The notes beneath the pieces were generated by a model. It made no database searches. It saw nothing but the letters and a program-made list of their open reading frames with translations, and had not been told where the DNA came from. A stretch of 64,000 bases of DNA from Candidatus Latescibacterota bacterium. Lineage in GTDB: Bacteria; Latescibacterota; UBA2968; GCA-2709665. The translations under genes and the position numbers were made by a program. Of this stretch, positions 10,829 through 21,001 are shown in pieces; positions within the stretch are counted from its first letter, which is position 1; every line of letters begins with the position of its first letter. The stretch spans positions 2,688,001 through 2,752,000 of the forward strand of contig CBDDDZ010000005.1 in NCBI GenBank assembly GCA_965226795.1. Reading direction: 5' to 3'.

Positions 10829-11022
10829 AAGAACAGCGTTCGAACGGGTTCCCGAGGCATGGGTGTCCGGTACGAACGCTCAGAGGGACGCTGGTTCGCA
10901 AGAATACGCGCTAAAAAGAAAGCCGACGTACGGCGGACATATTGGCGTCTGACGGGGAGGTCCGGCGGTTGACGTCATTTCCGTTGATTTAAATTGAAAT
11001 ACCCCTGCGAAAGGAGAAACCC

Positions 11023-12753
11023 ATGCCCAACTCGGGTCTGACCGAGCCACGTTACGAAACGATGGTAGAACGCAATATCCCTATAAGGATGCGTGACGGC
11101 ACCGTGCTTCGCGCCGACGTCTACCGTCCGGCACCCGAAGGTAAATATCCCGTCATCGTTGAACGGGTCGCCTACGAACTGGTCGGCCGGTGTACGTCCA
11201 ACGGTCAGTTCTTCGCCAGCAGGGGGTACGTATTCGTGGGCCAGAACGTGCGCGGCACCTTTGCCTCCGAAGGCGATTGGCGGCCTTTCCGTGATGACGG
11301 CTGCGGCACCAATCGCGATGGTTACGATACCATCGAATGGGCCGGCAAACAGCCCTGGTCCAACGGCAACGTGGGCATGGCCGACGGTTCCTATTCCGGT
11401 TTCTCGCAGTACATGGTTGCCCCGACCCGGCCCCCGCACCTGAAGGCGCTTTTCGTTCGGGAGGGCGGCGGTGATTTTTACAGCGGCTTCTGGTACCGGT
11501 ACGGCGCCTATTCGATGCCCTTTCAGAAATGGGCGATGCAGACCCTACTCGCCCAACTGGAACACGAGAGCGCCCCACCGCGTCTGGAGGCCGCGACCGC
11601 GCGTCTGGCAGCCGCGCTCGATGAATACGAGGACTGGGTGCGCCACCTGCCGCTCAAATCCTTCCCACCCCTGGAAGGCCTGCTCGATTGGTACTTTGAA
11701 GACCTGAACCACCCCGAAGACGGCCCCTACTGGTGGTCCACCAACATTTCCTCCAGGTACGGCGACATCGACACCCCGATGCTTCACTTCGGCGCATGGT
11801 TCGACGTCTTCCTTGACGGGACGCTGGAATGCTTCCGGGGAATTCGGCAACGCGGGCGCACCAGGGACTGCCGGGAGGGCCAACGCCTGTTGATCGGTCC
11901 ATGGATCCACGGACCGGGCAACGCGGCCAAACAGGTGGTTGGCGAACTCGACTTCGGCCCGCAGGCGGCATTCGATATGAACGTCCACCGCCTGCGGTGG
12001 TACGATTACTGGCTAAACGGAATGGACAACGGTATAATGGACGGCCCGCCGGTGCGTATCTTCCTGATGGGCGCAAACCGATGGTTGGACCTGGAAGACT
12101 GGCCCCCTCCCGGCATTACCTACAGGACGGCGTATTTTCGGGAAGGATCCGGAAGAGATCCGGACTCGTTGAACAACGGTGGTTTGACCTTCGGCCCGCC
12201 CCATACGGCCGAACATGCGGATAGTTTCGCATACGACCCGGACGATCCCATGCCCGGTCTGCGCTTTTATCCCACACTCGGCCCCGTGGACCATCGGCAT
12301 CTGGAAGGACGGATGCTTACGTATACCTCCGCCGATCTGAAACAGGACCTGACTGTTATCGGCCCCGTAAAGGCCATCCTTCACTGCCTGTCTTCAGCCC
12401 CCGATACGGACTGGGTGGTCAGACTATGCGACGTCTGGCCGGACGGCCGTTCCATGCCCGTCTGCGACGGCATCCTGAGGGCGCGATTCCGAAACTCCCT
12501 GCAGCGCGCCGAACTGATGACGCCGGGCAGGATCTACAGGTTTGAAATAGACATGTCGGCCACCGCCCAGGTGTTCCTGGCAGGTCACCGCCTGCGTATC
12601 GAAGTCACCAGCAGCGATTTCCCCCGGTACGACCGGAATCTGAATACGGGAGGTCCATTTGGAGAAGAAGCCGTCGGAAAGACTGCCGTCAATACCGTCT
12701 TCCACGACGCCGACCGGCCGTCATATGTCGTCCTACCCGTAATGGAAGACTGA
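11023..12753 (+). CDS. CocE/NonD family serine hydrolase (peptidase S15)
   Basis: MRDGTVLRADVYRP, QPWSNGNVGM, GSYSG nucleophile elbow, IGPWIH, SSDFPRYDRNLNTG. Confidence 0.95.
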   Translation: MPNSGLTEPRYETMVERNIPIRMRDGTVLRADVYRPAPEGKYPVIVERVAYELVGRCTSNGQFFASRGYVFVGQNVRGTFASEGDWRPFRDDGCGTNRDGYDTIEWAGKQPWSNGNVGMADGSYSGFSQYMVAPTRPPHLKALFVREGGGDFYSGFWYRYGAYSMPFQKWAMQTLLAQLEHESAPPRLEAATARLAAALDEYEDWVRHLPLKSFPPLEGLLDWYFEDLNHPEDGPYWWSTNISSRYGDIDTPMLHFGAWFDVFLDGTLECFRGIRQRGRTRDCREGQRLLIGPWIHGPGNAAKQVVGELDFGPQAAFDMNVHRLRWYDYWLNGMDNGIMDGPPVRIFLMGANRWLDLEDWPPPGITYRTAYFREGSGRDPDSLNNGGLTFGPPHTAEHADSFAYDPDDPMPGLRFYPTLGPVDHRHLEGRMLTYTSADLKQDLTVIGPVKAILHCLSSAPDTDWVVRLCDVWPDGRSMPVCDGILRARFRNSLQRAELMTPGRIYRFEIDMSATAQVFLAGHRLRIEVTSSDFPRYDRNLNTGGPFGEEAVGKTAVNTVFHDADRPSYVVLPVMED

Positions 12754-12909
12754 GAGGCCGTTTCAGAATCCGAGCCATATGACCGCGGGAATCGCCGGCG
12801 CAACTACCGGCAGGAATTCGCCCTGTTCGGGTACGCTGCATGCATTCGAAACAGCCTCCGAGCAGGGCCTGCGCATCCGACCTCCCGTTCCGCGCGAATC
12901 TCCCGCGGC

Positions 12910-14373
12910 TCATTCTTCCGGAAATACGTTACAACCCGGAGGCGCCCTCCAGAAATCCGCCAGATCGTGTTCCACGGCGCCGGCCCACTCCCGCAAAACG
13001 CGCCTCCCCTCCGTCCGGCGTTGCAGTCGCGGCCCAATCGTTCCCTCATCCCAGCCATCCCGGACCCGCTCCAGGAGCGCCGCCTTCACCGCCGCGCAAC
13101 CCGGGTCCCGTGCCCGGTCATCGATTTCAAAGGGGTCTTCATCCAGATTGAACAACTGCGGTTCATCGAAACCGCGGTAATAATTCAGTTTCCAAGGGCC
13201 CCGACGGATCATCCGACCCGGGGGCTCGTCGGCGCCGCTGTAATTCTCCGAGAAAATCTCATTCGACCCGTCCGCACCCTGTCCATCGCCTTCCAGAAAA
13301 CGTCTCAGGCTCCGGCCGGCGACCTCCGGCAAGGGATCTCCGCCTGCCAGGTCGATTAACGTAGGCCCCACATCCAGCAGGCTTGTCACCGCATCCACAC
13401 GCCGCCCTTCTCCGAATCGCCCCGGAAACGACGCAATCATGGGCACGCCGGCGGACCCGTCGTAGAAGCTGCTCTTCCACCACATCCCGTGTTCGCCGGC
13501 CATCTCCCCGTGATCCGAGAGATATATCACCACGGTGTTTTCCCCGAACGACGTTGACGCCAATGTCTCCACCAACTGACCGATGAGACCATCCATAAAC
13601 GTGACAAGTCCGTAGTAGGCCGCGCGCGCGCGGCGCACGGCGTCTTCGCTCAACCCGTTTACCCCGCGCTTCTCGCGCCAAAGCCGAATCGCCGGATGCA
13701 GCCGATCCAGGTACCCCTCCGGTACCGTAGGAATTTCCACCCGATGGTAATATTCTTCGTATAAGTCTCTGGGACAGATGAAGGGGCAATGCGGCAGCAC
13801 ATAGCCCGCTAAAAGGCAAAAGGGTCGCTCAGCGCCAGACCGGTCACGGCTCGCGAGAAACTCACAACACGCCTCCGTCACCGCCACGTCGTAAGCCTGG
13901 TAGGACGTACGCCCCGGTCCGGAAATTTCGACCGACCGACGGGATTGGCCGGTCGTCCCCGTTGGAATATGCCCCAGATCGGGACCCGGACCGCCCGGAA
14001 ACGGTCCCGACACGTCTCCCATGATGCGCTGTTCGAAGCCGTGCCGCTGGTCCGCCCCTACAAAGTGCATCCTGCCGCCCAACACCGTCTCATATCCCGC
14101 CAACCCGAGACCGTGTGCGAAAGTGGGAATATCCGACCTCAGTAAACAGGCATTGGACCACACCTCGATGTCGGAGGAATGCCGACCCGTAAGAAAAGTC
14201 ATGCGCGAAGGCACGCAGAGCGGCGATCCACAATAGGTATTCTCGAACAGCACACCGCGTTCCGCCAGGGCGTCGAGGTGCGGCGTACGGACAATTCGAT
14301 CCCCGGCGCAACCCATATAACTCCGGTTGTGCTGGTCCGACATAATCACCAGAAAATTGGGCTGGTCAGGCAA
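12910..14373 (-). CDS. Cys-type sulfatase (choline-sulfatase-like)
   Basis: IMSDQH, LCVPSR (CxPxR), GRMHF, SDHGEM. Confidence 0.95.
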   Translation of the reverse strand: MPDQPNFLVIMSDQHNRSYMGCAGDRIVRTPHLDALAERGVLFENTYCGSPLCVPSRMTFLTGRHSSDIEVWSNACLLRSDIPTFAHGLGLAGYETVLGGRMHFVGADQRHGFEQRIMGDVSGPFPGGPGPDLGHIPTGTTGQSRRSVEISGPGRTSYQAYDVAVTEACCEFLASRDRSGAERPFCLLAGYVLPHCPFICPRDLYEEYYHRVEIPTVPEGYLDRLHPAIRLWREKRGVNGLSEDAVRRARAAYYGLVTFMDGLIGQLVETLASTSFGENTVVIYLSDHGEMAGEHGMWWKSSFYDGSAGVPMIASFPGRFGEGRRVDAVTSLLDVGPTLIDLAGGDPLPEVAGRSLRRFLEGDGQGADGSNEIFSENYSGADEPPGRMIRRGPWKLNYYRGFDEPQLFNLDEDPFEIDDRARDPGCAAVKAALLERVRDGWDEGTIGPRLQRRTEGRRVLREWAGAVEHDLADFWRAPPGCNVFPEE

Positions 14374-14436
14374 GGCAGGCCCTTTCGCCTCCCGGTCCTC
14401 CGATCGGGACCGGTCTATTTACGACGTACCACTTTG

Positions 14437-15675
14437 TCATGGAGTGCCCGTACTCGAGAGCGTCACGAGCCGGATACGATGGTTGAACGTATCCGCAATA
14501 TAGAGGAACCCGTTTGCCTCATCAAACGCGACTCCCGCCGGCCGGTTCAAGGCGGCCGACGTGGCGGGTCCGCCGTCGCCGCTGAACCCCGGCTGACCGT
14601 TTCCCGCCACCGTCGCAATCGACCCTGAAGCCAGATCGACTACCCGGATGCGATGGTTCATTTCATCTGCGATGTACAACCGCCCGTCCGGGCCGAACTG
14701 GAGATCACGCGGGTTGTTCAACATCGCGTGTATGGCAGGACCGCCGTCACCACTGAATCCCGCGGCTCCCGTACCCGCCACGGTGTCGATCCGATCCCTG
14801 TCGAAATCCACGCGTCGAATCCTCTGATTGAGCGTATCGGAAATATAAAGCTTGGCATCCGGCCCCAGGGCCAATCCACCCGCCGGCGGGGGGTTGTTCC
14901 CTGTCGGCAAGTTCAATTGCGCCATATGGGGAGGACCGCCCTCGCCACTGAATCCGGCCGTGCCCGTTCCCACCACCGTGGTAATGACGCCATTGGGATC
15001 GATCTTTCGCACCCTCAGATTCTGCTGATCCAGGACATAAAGTGAATTGTCCGGCCCGAGCGCAGTCTGCATAGGCCGGTTCAGAAGCGCGTCTTCCGCC
15101 GGACCGCCGTCGCCTGCAAATCCCGGTGTGTCCCCCATGAATACCCTGACTCTGCTGCTTACAGGATCGAAGAGCCTCAGCTTGTGGTTCCGCCACGTTG
15201 TCAGTAGAAGCGTACCGCCCGAAAGCTGGACAAGATGGGCAGGATGGCTGAGATTGACTGACTTCCCCGGCGCGCCCGGAGGGATCCGTTCGGACTGGCC
15301 AACTGACCCGTCGCCCAAAAACCCGCTTCCGACCGCCGTCTCCAGCGTGCTATCGCCTATGGCTGCCCGGCGCACGCGATGGTTGTTCCAATCCAGGACA
15401 TAAACCCGGCCCTCGGGCGTAACCATCACATCCACCGGCCAGTAGAACGTGGACAGCAACAGCACGTTGCCGTCTCCGTCCCAACCCGCATCGCCGGTTC
15501 CCGCCCAGGTGCAGATCGTCCCGGGCGTGTCCGAACAGAGCGACGGCGGCGCAATGGGTTCGTCGTCGTCCGATTCGATCGGGTTGTCGTCACCACACGC
15601 CGCCAGAAAACAGGCCAGCAAGCCAACAACAAACCGGAAACCGGCCCGCCGAAAATTAATCGCATCAGGTCGCAT
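14437..15675 (-). CDS. NHL-repeat beta-propeller lipoprotein
   Basis: LAAC lipobox; repeated AGxGxxGFSGDGGPA...LNxP...LYIAD..NHRIR units. Confidence 0.9.
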   Translation of the reverse strand: MRPDAINFRRAGFRFVVGLLACFLAACGDDNPIESDDDEPIAPPSLCSDTPGTICTWAGTGDAGWDGDGNVLLLSTFYWPVDVMVTPEGRVYVLDWNNHRVRRAAIGDSTLETAVGSGFLGDGSVGQSERIPPGAPGKSVNLSHPAHLVQLSGGTLLLTTWRNHKLRLFDPVSSRVRVFMGDTPGFAGDGGPAEDALLNRPMQTALGPDNSLYVLDQQNLRVRKIDPNGVITTVVGTGTAGFSGEGGPPHMAQLNLPTGNNPPPAGGLALGPDAKLYISDTLNQRIRRVDFDRDRIDTVAGTGAAGFSGDGGPAIHAMLNNPRDLQFGPDGRLYIADEMNHRIRVVDLASGSIATVAGNGQPGFSGDGGPATSAALNRPAGVAFDEANGFLYIADTFNHRIRLVTLSSTGTP

Positions 15676-15783
15676 CTGCGCTTCCCCTCACACCTTGTCC
15701 CCTGTTACCGGCCTATTCAAGCCGGATGCCTCCTCTCGTCACAAACGTAACGAACAGCAAGCTGCGGCCGGACACCGCAACCG

Positions 15784-16923
15784 TCAGAAGTCACTTGCAC
15801 ACCGAAATCCGACCTTGTCGTCCGTCAAAAAAGGCGCGTCGAACCACCGGGTGGTTGTATCGGCCAGGTCCCGAAATCTCCACGAGCCGCCCCGCAACAC
15901 CCGGTTCAATCCGGTTTCCGGACCTTTGGGATTTTCTCTCGGCGAATCCTCGTAATAGATCGGGCTGAACCAGTCCTTACACCACTCCCAGGCATTCCCG
16001 GACATATCGTGCGTTCCATAGGGGCTAACGCCCTTCGGATAGCTGCCGACGTCCACAGTACGACCCACAAGATCGCCTATATTCGCATGTTCAGGCGTGG
16101 GTGTCGCGGTTCCCCAGGGGTAGGGCCGCCCGTCTGTGCCACGGGCGGCCTTTTCCCACTCGGCTTCGGTGGGCAGGCGCAAGCCGCGCCATTCGCAGTA
16201 GGCCCTGGCGCCAAACCAGGTCACATTCGTCACCGCCCGGTTGGCGAGATAAAATGCCTTCAGTACATACTCATCTTTGATGGTACGCCCCAGGTCTTCG
16301 CTGCCCTCATCATCGTCCCCTTCGAGCCCGGCCAGTACGTCTATTGAAATCCGGATATCGGCCTCACTGAAACCCAGATTGTAGAGCACATTGTCTTCCG
16401 CGTCCAGGTTCCGATTCGCCGCATTCTGATATGCGATATCCTCGTCCGTTTGCCAAGGCGCCGTACGACCCACCGTTTTGGTGCCCCGGTTCCTGTCGTT
16501 CAGGAAAGCGATAAACTGGACGTTGTCCACCTCGTACTTATCGATCCGGAACGCGTCGACATAGACCACATGCTCCGGCCCGTCGGGCACCAGCCCTCTG
16601 TTGGTGCCCATTATGAAATCTCCGGCCGGAACGTCAATGAGTTCATGCTTGAGTATCGGCGCCACCGGCCCGTCGACCACTTTCTGTCCGAAGAAAGATG
16701 CGAAAATCTCAAAGTCGGGTTCGTCGACCGTGCGGCTGCCGTCCAGATCGTATATCGCGTCTTCGGTCTGATAAGCCCTGGCAAAAAGGACAAAATCGGT
16801 CAGATCGATGATTCCATTGCCGTCAAAGTCCACGTCCTCAATGGTGACCCTGCCGGCCCACGCAAGCATCGGACTCAGCGCGAGGATAACGTACAGGGCA
16901 AAACCCAAAAGCACCTGCGCCAT
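15784..16923 (-). CDS. Secreted FGE-sulfatase (SUMF1-like) domain protein with N-terminal dockerin/EF-hand pair
   Basis: Signal peptide; DFDGNGIIDLTDF...DLDGSRTVDEPDF; RLPTEAEWEKAARG, DMSGNAWEW, GFRCA. Start ATG 16923 with GGAG RBS. Confidence 0.88.
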   Translation of the reverse strand: MAQVLLGFALYVILALSPMLAWAGRVTIEDVDFDGNGIIDLTDFVLFARAYQTEDAIYDLDGSRTVDEPDFEIFASFFGQKVVDGPVAPILKHELIDVPAGDFIMGTNRGLVPDGPEHVVYVDAFRIDKYEVDNVQFIAFLNDRNRGTKTVGRTAPWQTDEDIAYQNAANRNLDAEDNVLYNLGFSEADIRISIDVLAGLEGDDDEGSEDLGRTIKDEYVLKAFYLANRAVTNVTWFGARAYCEWRGLRLPTEAEWEKAARGTDGRPYPWGTATPTPEHANIGDLVGRTVDVGSYPKGVSPYGTHDMSGNAWEWCKDWFSPIYYEDSPRENPKGPETGLNRVLRGGSWRFRDLADTTTRWFDAPFLTDDKVGFRCASDF

Positions 16924-17172
16924 GTGCGAATTCTCCTTCACCGGCGTTTTTTTCCGTACAATAGACGACCTCCGTGGGGTCTTGTTTTGACGTCAGTCGA
17001 CAGTGCGCAATCTTGTCGCGTCGATCCGCGAACCACGCCATCCCTTCGTTTAGATCGAGAGTATTTCGCCCGCCTTATCCGGCTCGGATTGCCGAAAGTC
17101 GTACATCGGGCGATCCTGGTGAATCTACGAGCGGCAACCATCAGCGCTTTACAGACGGGTTGTCGAATCGGC

Positions 17173-20100
17173 TCATTTTGACACCACAAACGTGGTCTCC
17201 TTCAAAAAGGACTTTCCGCTGTTCAAATCCGTTACCTCCACCGTCAGGTAGTGTCGTCCCGATCGCGCCTCTCCCAGTTCCAGTTCCGTATACGCCACTT
17301 CCGAATTCTGGAAGCCAAGTTGCTCATACCCGACGGCAACCTCCCTCTTGTTCGACCGTCCCCTGAGCGTTTGCGCCAACCTCGAAAGCACGCCACCTGA
17401 CTTCGGTCCCATCGTGTACTCCACCCTGTACTGGGTCTGTCCGAAATCGTCCTTTTTCAGGTTGTAGATCTCGTAATACACAAACACGTTCTGACCCGTC
17501 CCATAGGTTCGAGAGGGCATCGGTACCACGTTCAACCCGTGTTTTCCGAACTTGCCAGGATTGGCGGCGGCCTCGCCTACGTTAAAGGCCAACTCCAGGT
17601 CGCTTACACGAAGACCGTCTTTATGGTAAGACTCCACGACCACCTGCTGACGGTAGATTCCCAATCGTCCCGTCATGCGGTCACGCGCCTTCACCTCCAG
17701 CCTGTAGACGCCCGGAGGCACTTCCAGCCTGACCACGTCCGGCAGGACCACGTCCGGGCCCGTACGATTGCCTGGCCGTTTGTAAAACATCTCGGCCGTC
17801 TTCCGGTAGACCTTGCCCGAATGGGACGAGAGCAGCGCCAGATGCCGCCGGACCGCTACCTGTGTGACGTTGTGTCCGGGCAGGTAGTTTGTCACCACGC
17901 ACGGAATCCCGTAGTAGATCTCCAGCAGGCTCGTTCCATCAGATCCTTTGAAGTCGGCCAACGTGTAGTGAAAATCGAAGGGGGTCTGGCGGTATTCCGG
18001 CGCGTAGAAGTCCGGGGCTAGAGCAACCGCCTGATGGAAGACCCTTTCGGGTGAAAAACGACGAAACCGCGTTATCTGCTCGACGTTCAAGTCAGGTGCA
18101 TTCGGAACCGGCGCAAAATCAAAAACCCTGGAGTTGAACTCGTCGGTAAACGAAATTTCGATGCCCCCGTCGATGTTCAGATAGACCCAGGACTCCCAAG
18201 GCGTGGACCCCAGATCCGCCCCGGCGGCAAGTACCGGATTGAAACCCGAACCCGCGAAAATGTCCGTGCTGATGCGGGACGGCGCGAAGCCAGAAACCAG
18301 GCTTGCCTGTTCACTCTGTCCGATATCTCCTCCCGCGCCGATCGTTCTTCCAGCGCTTGGACCTTCCGGATTGTTTCGATCCGTGGAGGAACCGCCATCC
18401 CGGCTTCCTTCCGTTGTTGTCATCTGCCTCAGATTCGAATCGGATCCGTCAGGGTCTCCCCCGGTAAACGCGTCGCGCTCACCCTCAATTCCGAAATCCG
18501 ATTCAGTGCTCTCAAAACCCAGAATATCCCGCTGCAGCGAAAAGTTGCGAACGGGGAACACAGGCCCCATAAAGGAGGCACCGATCGCCTGCGTTCCGTA
18601 GAGCTGGGTCGCGAGCCGCTCCTTTACGCGCAACACGGAAAGATCCTGCCTCGCATTAAAGTTGTGCGAACTGGTCACGTGGTCGGGCTCTCCAAACCGT
18701 ATGTACACCTCTCCGCGCCGGTCCCACGGATCCTTGCCTTCGGAGAACTGCATCTGGGCATACCAGACTCGACGGTAGTGTTCCAGCAGCCGTTCGTTTA
18801 CCGGCGTGCCAATATCCGGATCGCGTACGTTCCAGAACCGTTCCAGAAACGTCTTCCGTACCGCGCTCGACGTCTGTTCGTATTCGGCCATTTCCTCGGG
18901 CGACGCAATCAGTCCAATGTCAAAATAGAGCGACTGCTGCTCCTGCTCCAGACGGGAGATGTAGGTTGAGAAAAACCCCATCGCCATATCGTACTTGTCG
19001 CGCTTCACACAGGCCTGAGCCACGATCGGCATCAGCTCGATTGCATCCGGATAATCCCGTGTAAACGACTGAATCTTGTCCAAAATCCGATCGTAATCCT
19101 TCACCTTCAGATACGCGTGCCCCAGCCGCCTGCCCACTTTCTGATCGGCCGGCCGCATCGCGAGGTACCGGGTGTACCAGACAATGGCTTCCTCGTAGTC
19201 CTCCATGAAATTGGCATACCAATCGCCCATCAATAAATAGGCATCCGCGTACTCCGGATCCGTCTTCAGCACCCGGTCCAACTCCGGCTTTACGTCGTGC
19301 TCGTTCAGCATGTATCGCACGAGGGCAATTTTATACCGGGCATCCACGAAATCCCGATCCCGGATAAGCGCCTTCCTGAAATAGGTAATCGCCTGGTAGC
19401 GTTCGTTGTGGAGTTCCATCAACACGAGGCCCAGACCGTAATAAGGCTCGGGGTCCTTCCCTGTCAGCGCGGCCGCCTTCTTGAATGCCCATCTTGCGCC
19501 CCTGTAGTATTTATCCTCCAAAAACGCATACCCCAGCTTCAGGTGTGCGTCTTTATCTCCAGAACGTTGATGCGCGACCACGCGGAGCGGAAATATCGCC
19601 CCCTTCACGTCTTTGCTCTCCAGCCGGGCCACGCCCATGCCGAAAAGAGAATCTATCTGGGCGGTGGACATGTCCCGCGACCGCACGTCGTAGCCGCCGG
19701 GTCCACCCATCAGTTGCTGCAACCGGCCCCGATGCCAATAGCAACTCAACACGGGATCCCCGGGGAGTACATTTGGATGAAAATAGTACCCTATTTCGGG
19801 CATATGCGGCTCGTCCGTTGCCGGACAGTGGAAAAGGCGTCGAAGCAGCCCCATCTCCTGCTCTCTCGCAGTCCCTTCCTCCTGCCGCTGTGCCAACTCG
19901 TCCGATGCCCATGTCAGAAGTGCGCCCAGGTTCAGGGGTATACCGTGGTCGCGCACGGAGTTGAATTCTGAAATCAAGTCTCCCAGGACGAGCAGGCGTT
20001 CCACACATACAGCTTCCTCCAGGACCTCGTCGTTGATGATACGGGTTCGTATCGCGTCTACATATCCCTGGCAGCTTCCCCGGGACAGACCCACTGCGGT

Positions 20101-20922
20101 ATACTTTTTACGTATATCCTTAAAGCCGCCGACGGATTCCCTGTAGGCATCCCGAGCGCTGCGGTACTCACCCCTGTGCATGGCGTGATGGCCCCGTACC
20201 CACCAGTTCAGCGCCTGGTGAACCTTCAGCATAGCCGCATCGATCTCCGTCTCCCCAACAGGTACCGGCTGCCTCCCGTTACGTCTCGCGAGCGGAACCG
20301 GCCAGGCGGGCACTTCAGTGCCGTCCATTCCCACACAATGCAACTTGCCGTCCAGAAAACCGGCCACGGCATCCGCATTTGCCGACCACCTCAGAGGGCC
20401 TTGCACGTGTCCGCCCACAAGCAACGTGGCGCGTCCTCGTACATCAACGATCCACAAACCCTGGTGATCCGTTACAGCCAGACGGCCGTCGTCCGGCGCG
20501 ACCGACATATCGACGGGATCCATCCCATCCGGCAACGGCCACAGAGACTCCCCCGAGCCATCGATTCGCCAGATCCGGTTGCGGACCAGCGGCAGTCGAC
20601 GCTGATTGGTTGTATCGGCCGTTAACCTGCTCAGCGGCGTGGTGCCATATGCGACATGATCGAGTCCACGTTCCAGATAGACGAGGCCGTTCCCGGGCAG
20701 AAAACCCACATCTCCGGGCGGACCCAGATAGATACCCACCATCGTGGGCATGGTCCCATCGGAGCGGCCGTGCCATACCTGTGTCAACAGGACCTTTGGC
20801 TTGCCGCCCGGTACCAGCCAGACTGCCCGCTGCCCATCCGGCGAGTAGACCGCGGCCGGGGCGCCGTACGTCCTGGCTGCAAGGCCCAGCAGGGCTACGA
20901 TTAAGGCGCAATTTCTTAACAA
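17173..20922 (-). CDS. Large secreted TPR + GWxTD-domain protein
   Basis: Signal peptide, propeller-like N-terminus, TPRs, FWNVRDPD..TPVNERLLEHYRRV..PWDRRGEVYIRFGEPD, C-terminal beta-sandwich domains. Confidence 0.85.
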   Translation of the reverse strand: MLRNCALIVALLGLAARTYGAPAAVYSPDGQRAVWLVPGGKPKVLLTQVWHGRSDGTMPTMVGIYLGPPGDVGFLPGNGLVYLERGLDHVAYGTTPLSRLTADTTNQRRLPLVRNRIWRIDGSGESLWPLPDGMDPVDMSVAPDDGRLAVTDHQGLWIVDVRGRATLLVGGHVQGPLRWSANADAVAGFLDGKLHCVGMDGTEVPAWPVPLARRNGRQPVPVGETEIDAAMLKVHQALNWWVRGHHAMHRGEYRSARDAYRESVGGFKDIRKKYTAVGLSRGSCQGYVDAIRTRIINDEVLEEAVCVERLLVLGDLISEFNSVRDHGIPLNLGALLTWASDELAQRQEEGTAREQEMGLLRRLFHCPATDEPHMPEIGYYFHPNVLPGDPVLSCYWHRGRLQQLMGGPGGYDVRSRDMSTAQIDSLFGMGVARLESKDVKGAIFPLRVVAHQRSGDKDAHLKLGYAFLEDKYYRGARWAFKKAAALTGKDPEPYYGLGLVLMELHNERYQAITYFRKALIRDRDFVDARYKIALVRYMLNEHDVKPELDRVLKTDPEYADAYLLMGDWYANFMEDYEEAIVWYTRYLAMRPADQKVGRRLGHAYLKVKDYDRILDKIQSFTRDYPDAIELMPIVAQACVKRDKYDMAMGFFSTYISRLEQEQQSLYFDIGLIASPEEMAEYEQTSSAVRKTFLERFWNVRDPDIGTPVNERLLEHYRRVWYAQMQFSEGKDPWDRRGEVYIRFGEPDHVTSSHNFNARQDLSVLRVKERLATQLYGTQAIGASFMGPVFPVRNFSLQRDILGFESTESDFGIEGERDAFTGGDPDGSDSNLRQMTTTEGSRDGGSSTDRNNPEGPSAGRTIGAGGDIGQSEQASLVSGFAPSRISTDIFAGSGFNPVLAAGADLGSTPWESWVYLNIDGGIEISFTDEFNSRVFDFAPVPNAPDLNVEQITRFRRFSPERVFHQAVALAPDFYAPEYRQTPFDFHYTLADFKGSDGTSLLEIYYGIPCVVTNYLPGHNVTQVAVRRHLALLSSHSGKVYRKTAEMFYKRPGNRTGPDVVLPDVVRLEVPPGVYRLEVKARDRMTGRLGIYRQQVVVESYHKDGLRVSDLELAFNVGEAAANPGKFGKHGLNVVPMPSRTYGTGQNVFVYYEIYNLKKDDFGQTQYRVEYTMGPKSGGVLSRLAQTLRGRSNKREVAVGYEQLGFQNSEVAYTELELGEARSGRHYLTVEVTDLNSGKSFLKETTFVVSK

Positions 20923-21001
20923 ACCGTCCTCCAGACCTTACAGATGCCCGGACAACACATCATGAGGAGTGGCGAAAATGAAGTCTTATAAGATAAGAAA
21001 G

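Noticed and set aside
14500..15500. Recurring DNA similarity in the NHL gene as a possible CRISPR or tandem array
   Set aside because: These are degenerate in-frame protein repeats with no constant repeat-spacer structure.
15784..16923. FGE-domain gene as the maturase of the nearby sulfatase
   Set aside because: It lacks the catalytic Cys pair and is secreted, whereas the sulfatase has no signal peptide.
17215..17245. GTTCAAATCC...CTCCACC, resembling a tRNA T-arm or att site
   Set aside because: The T-stem does not pair, there is no cloverleaf, and it lies inside a CDS.
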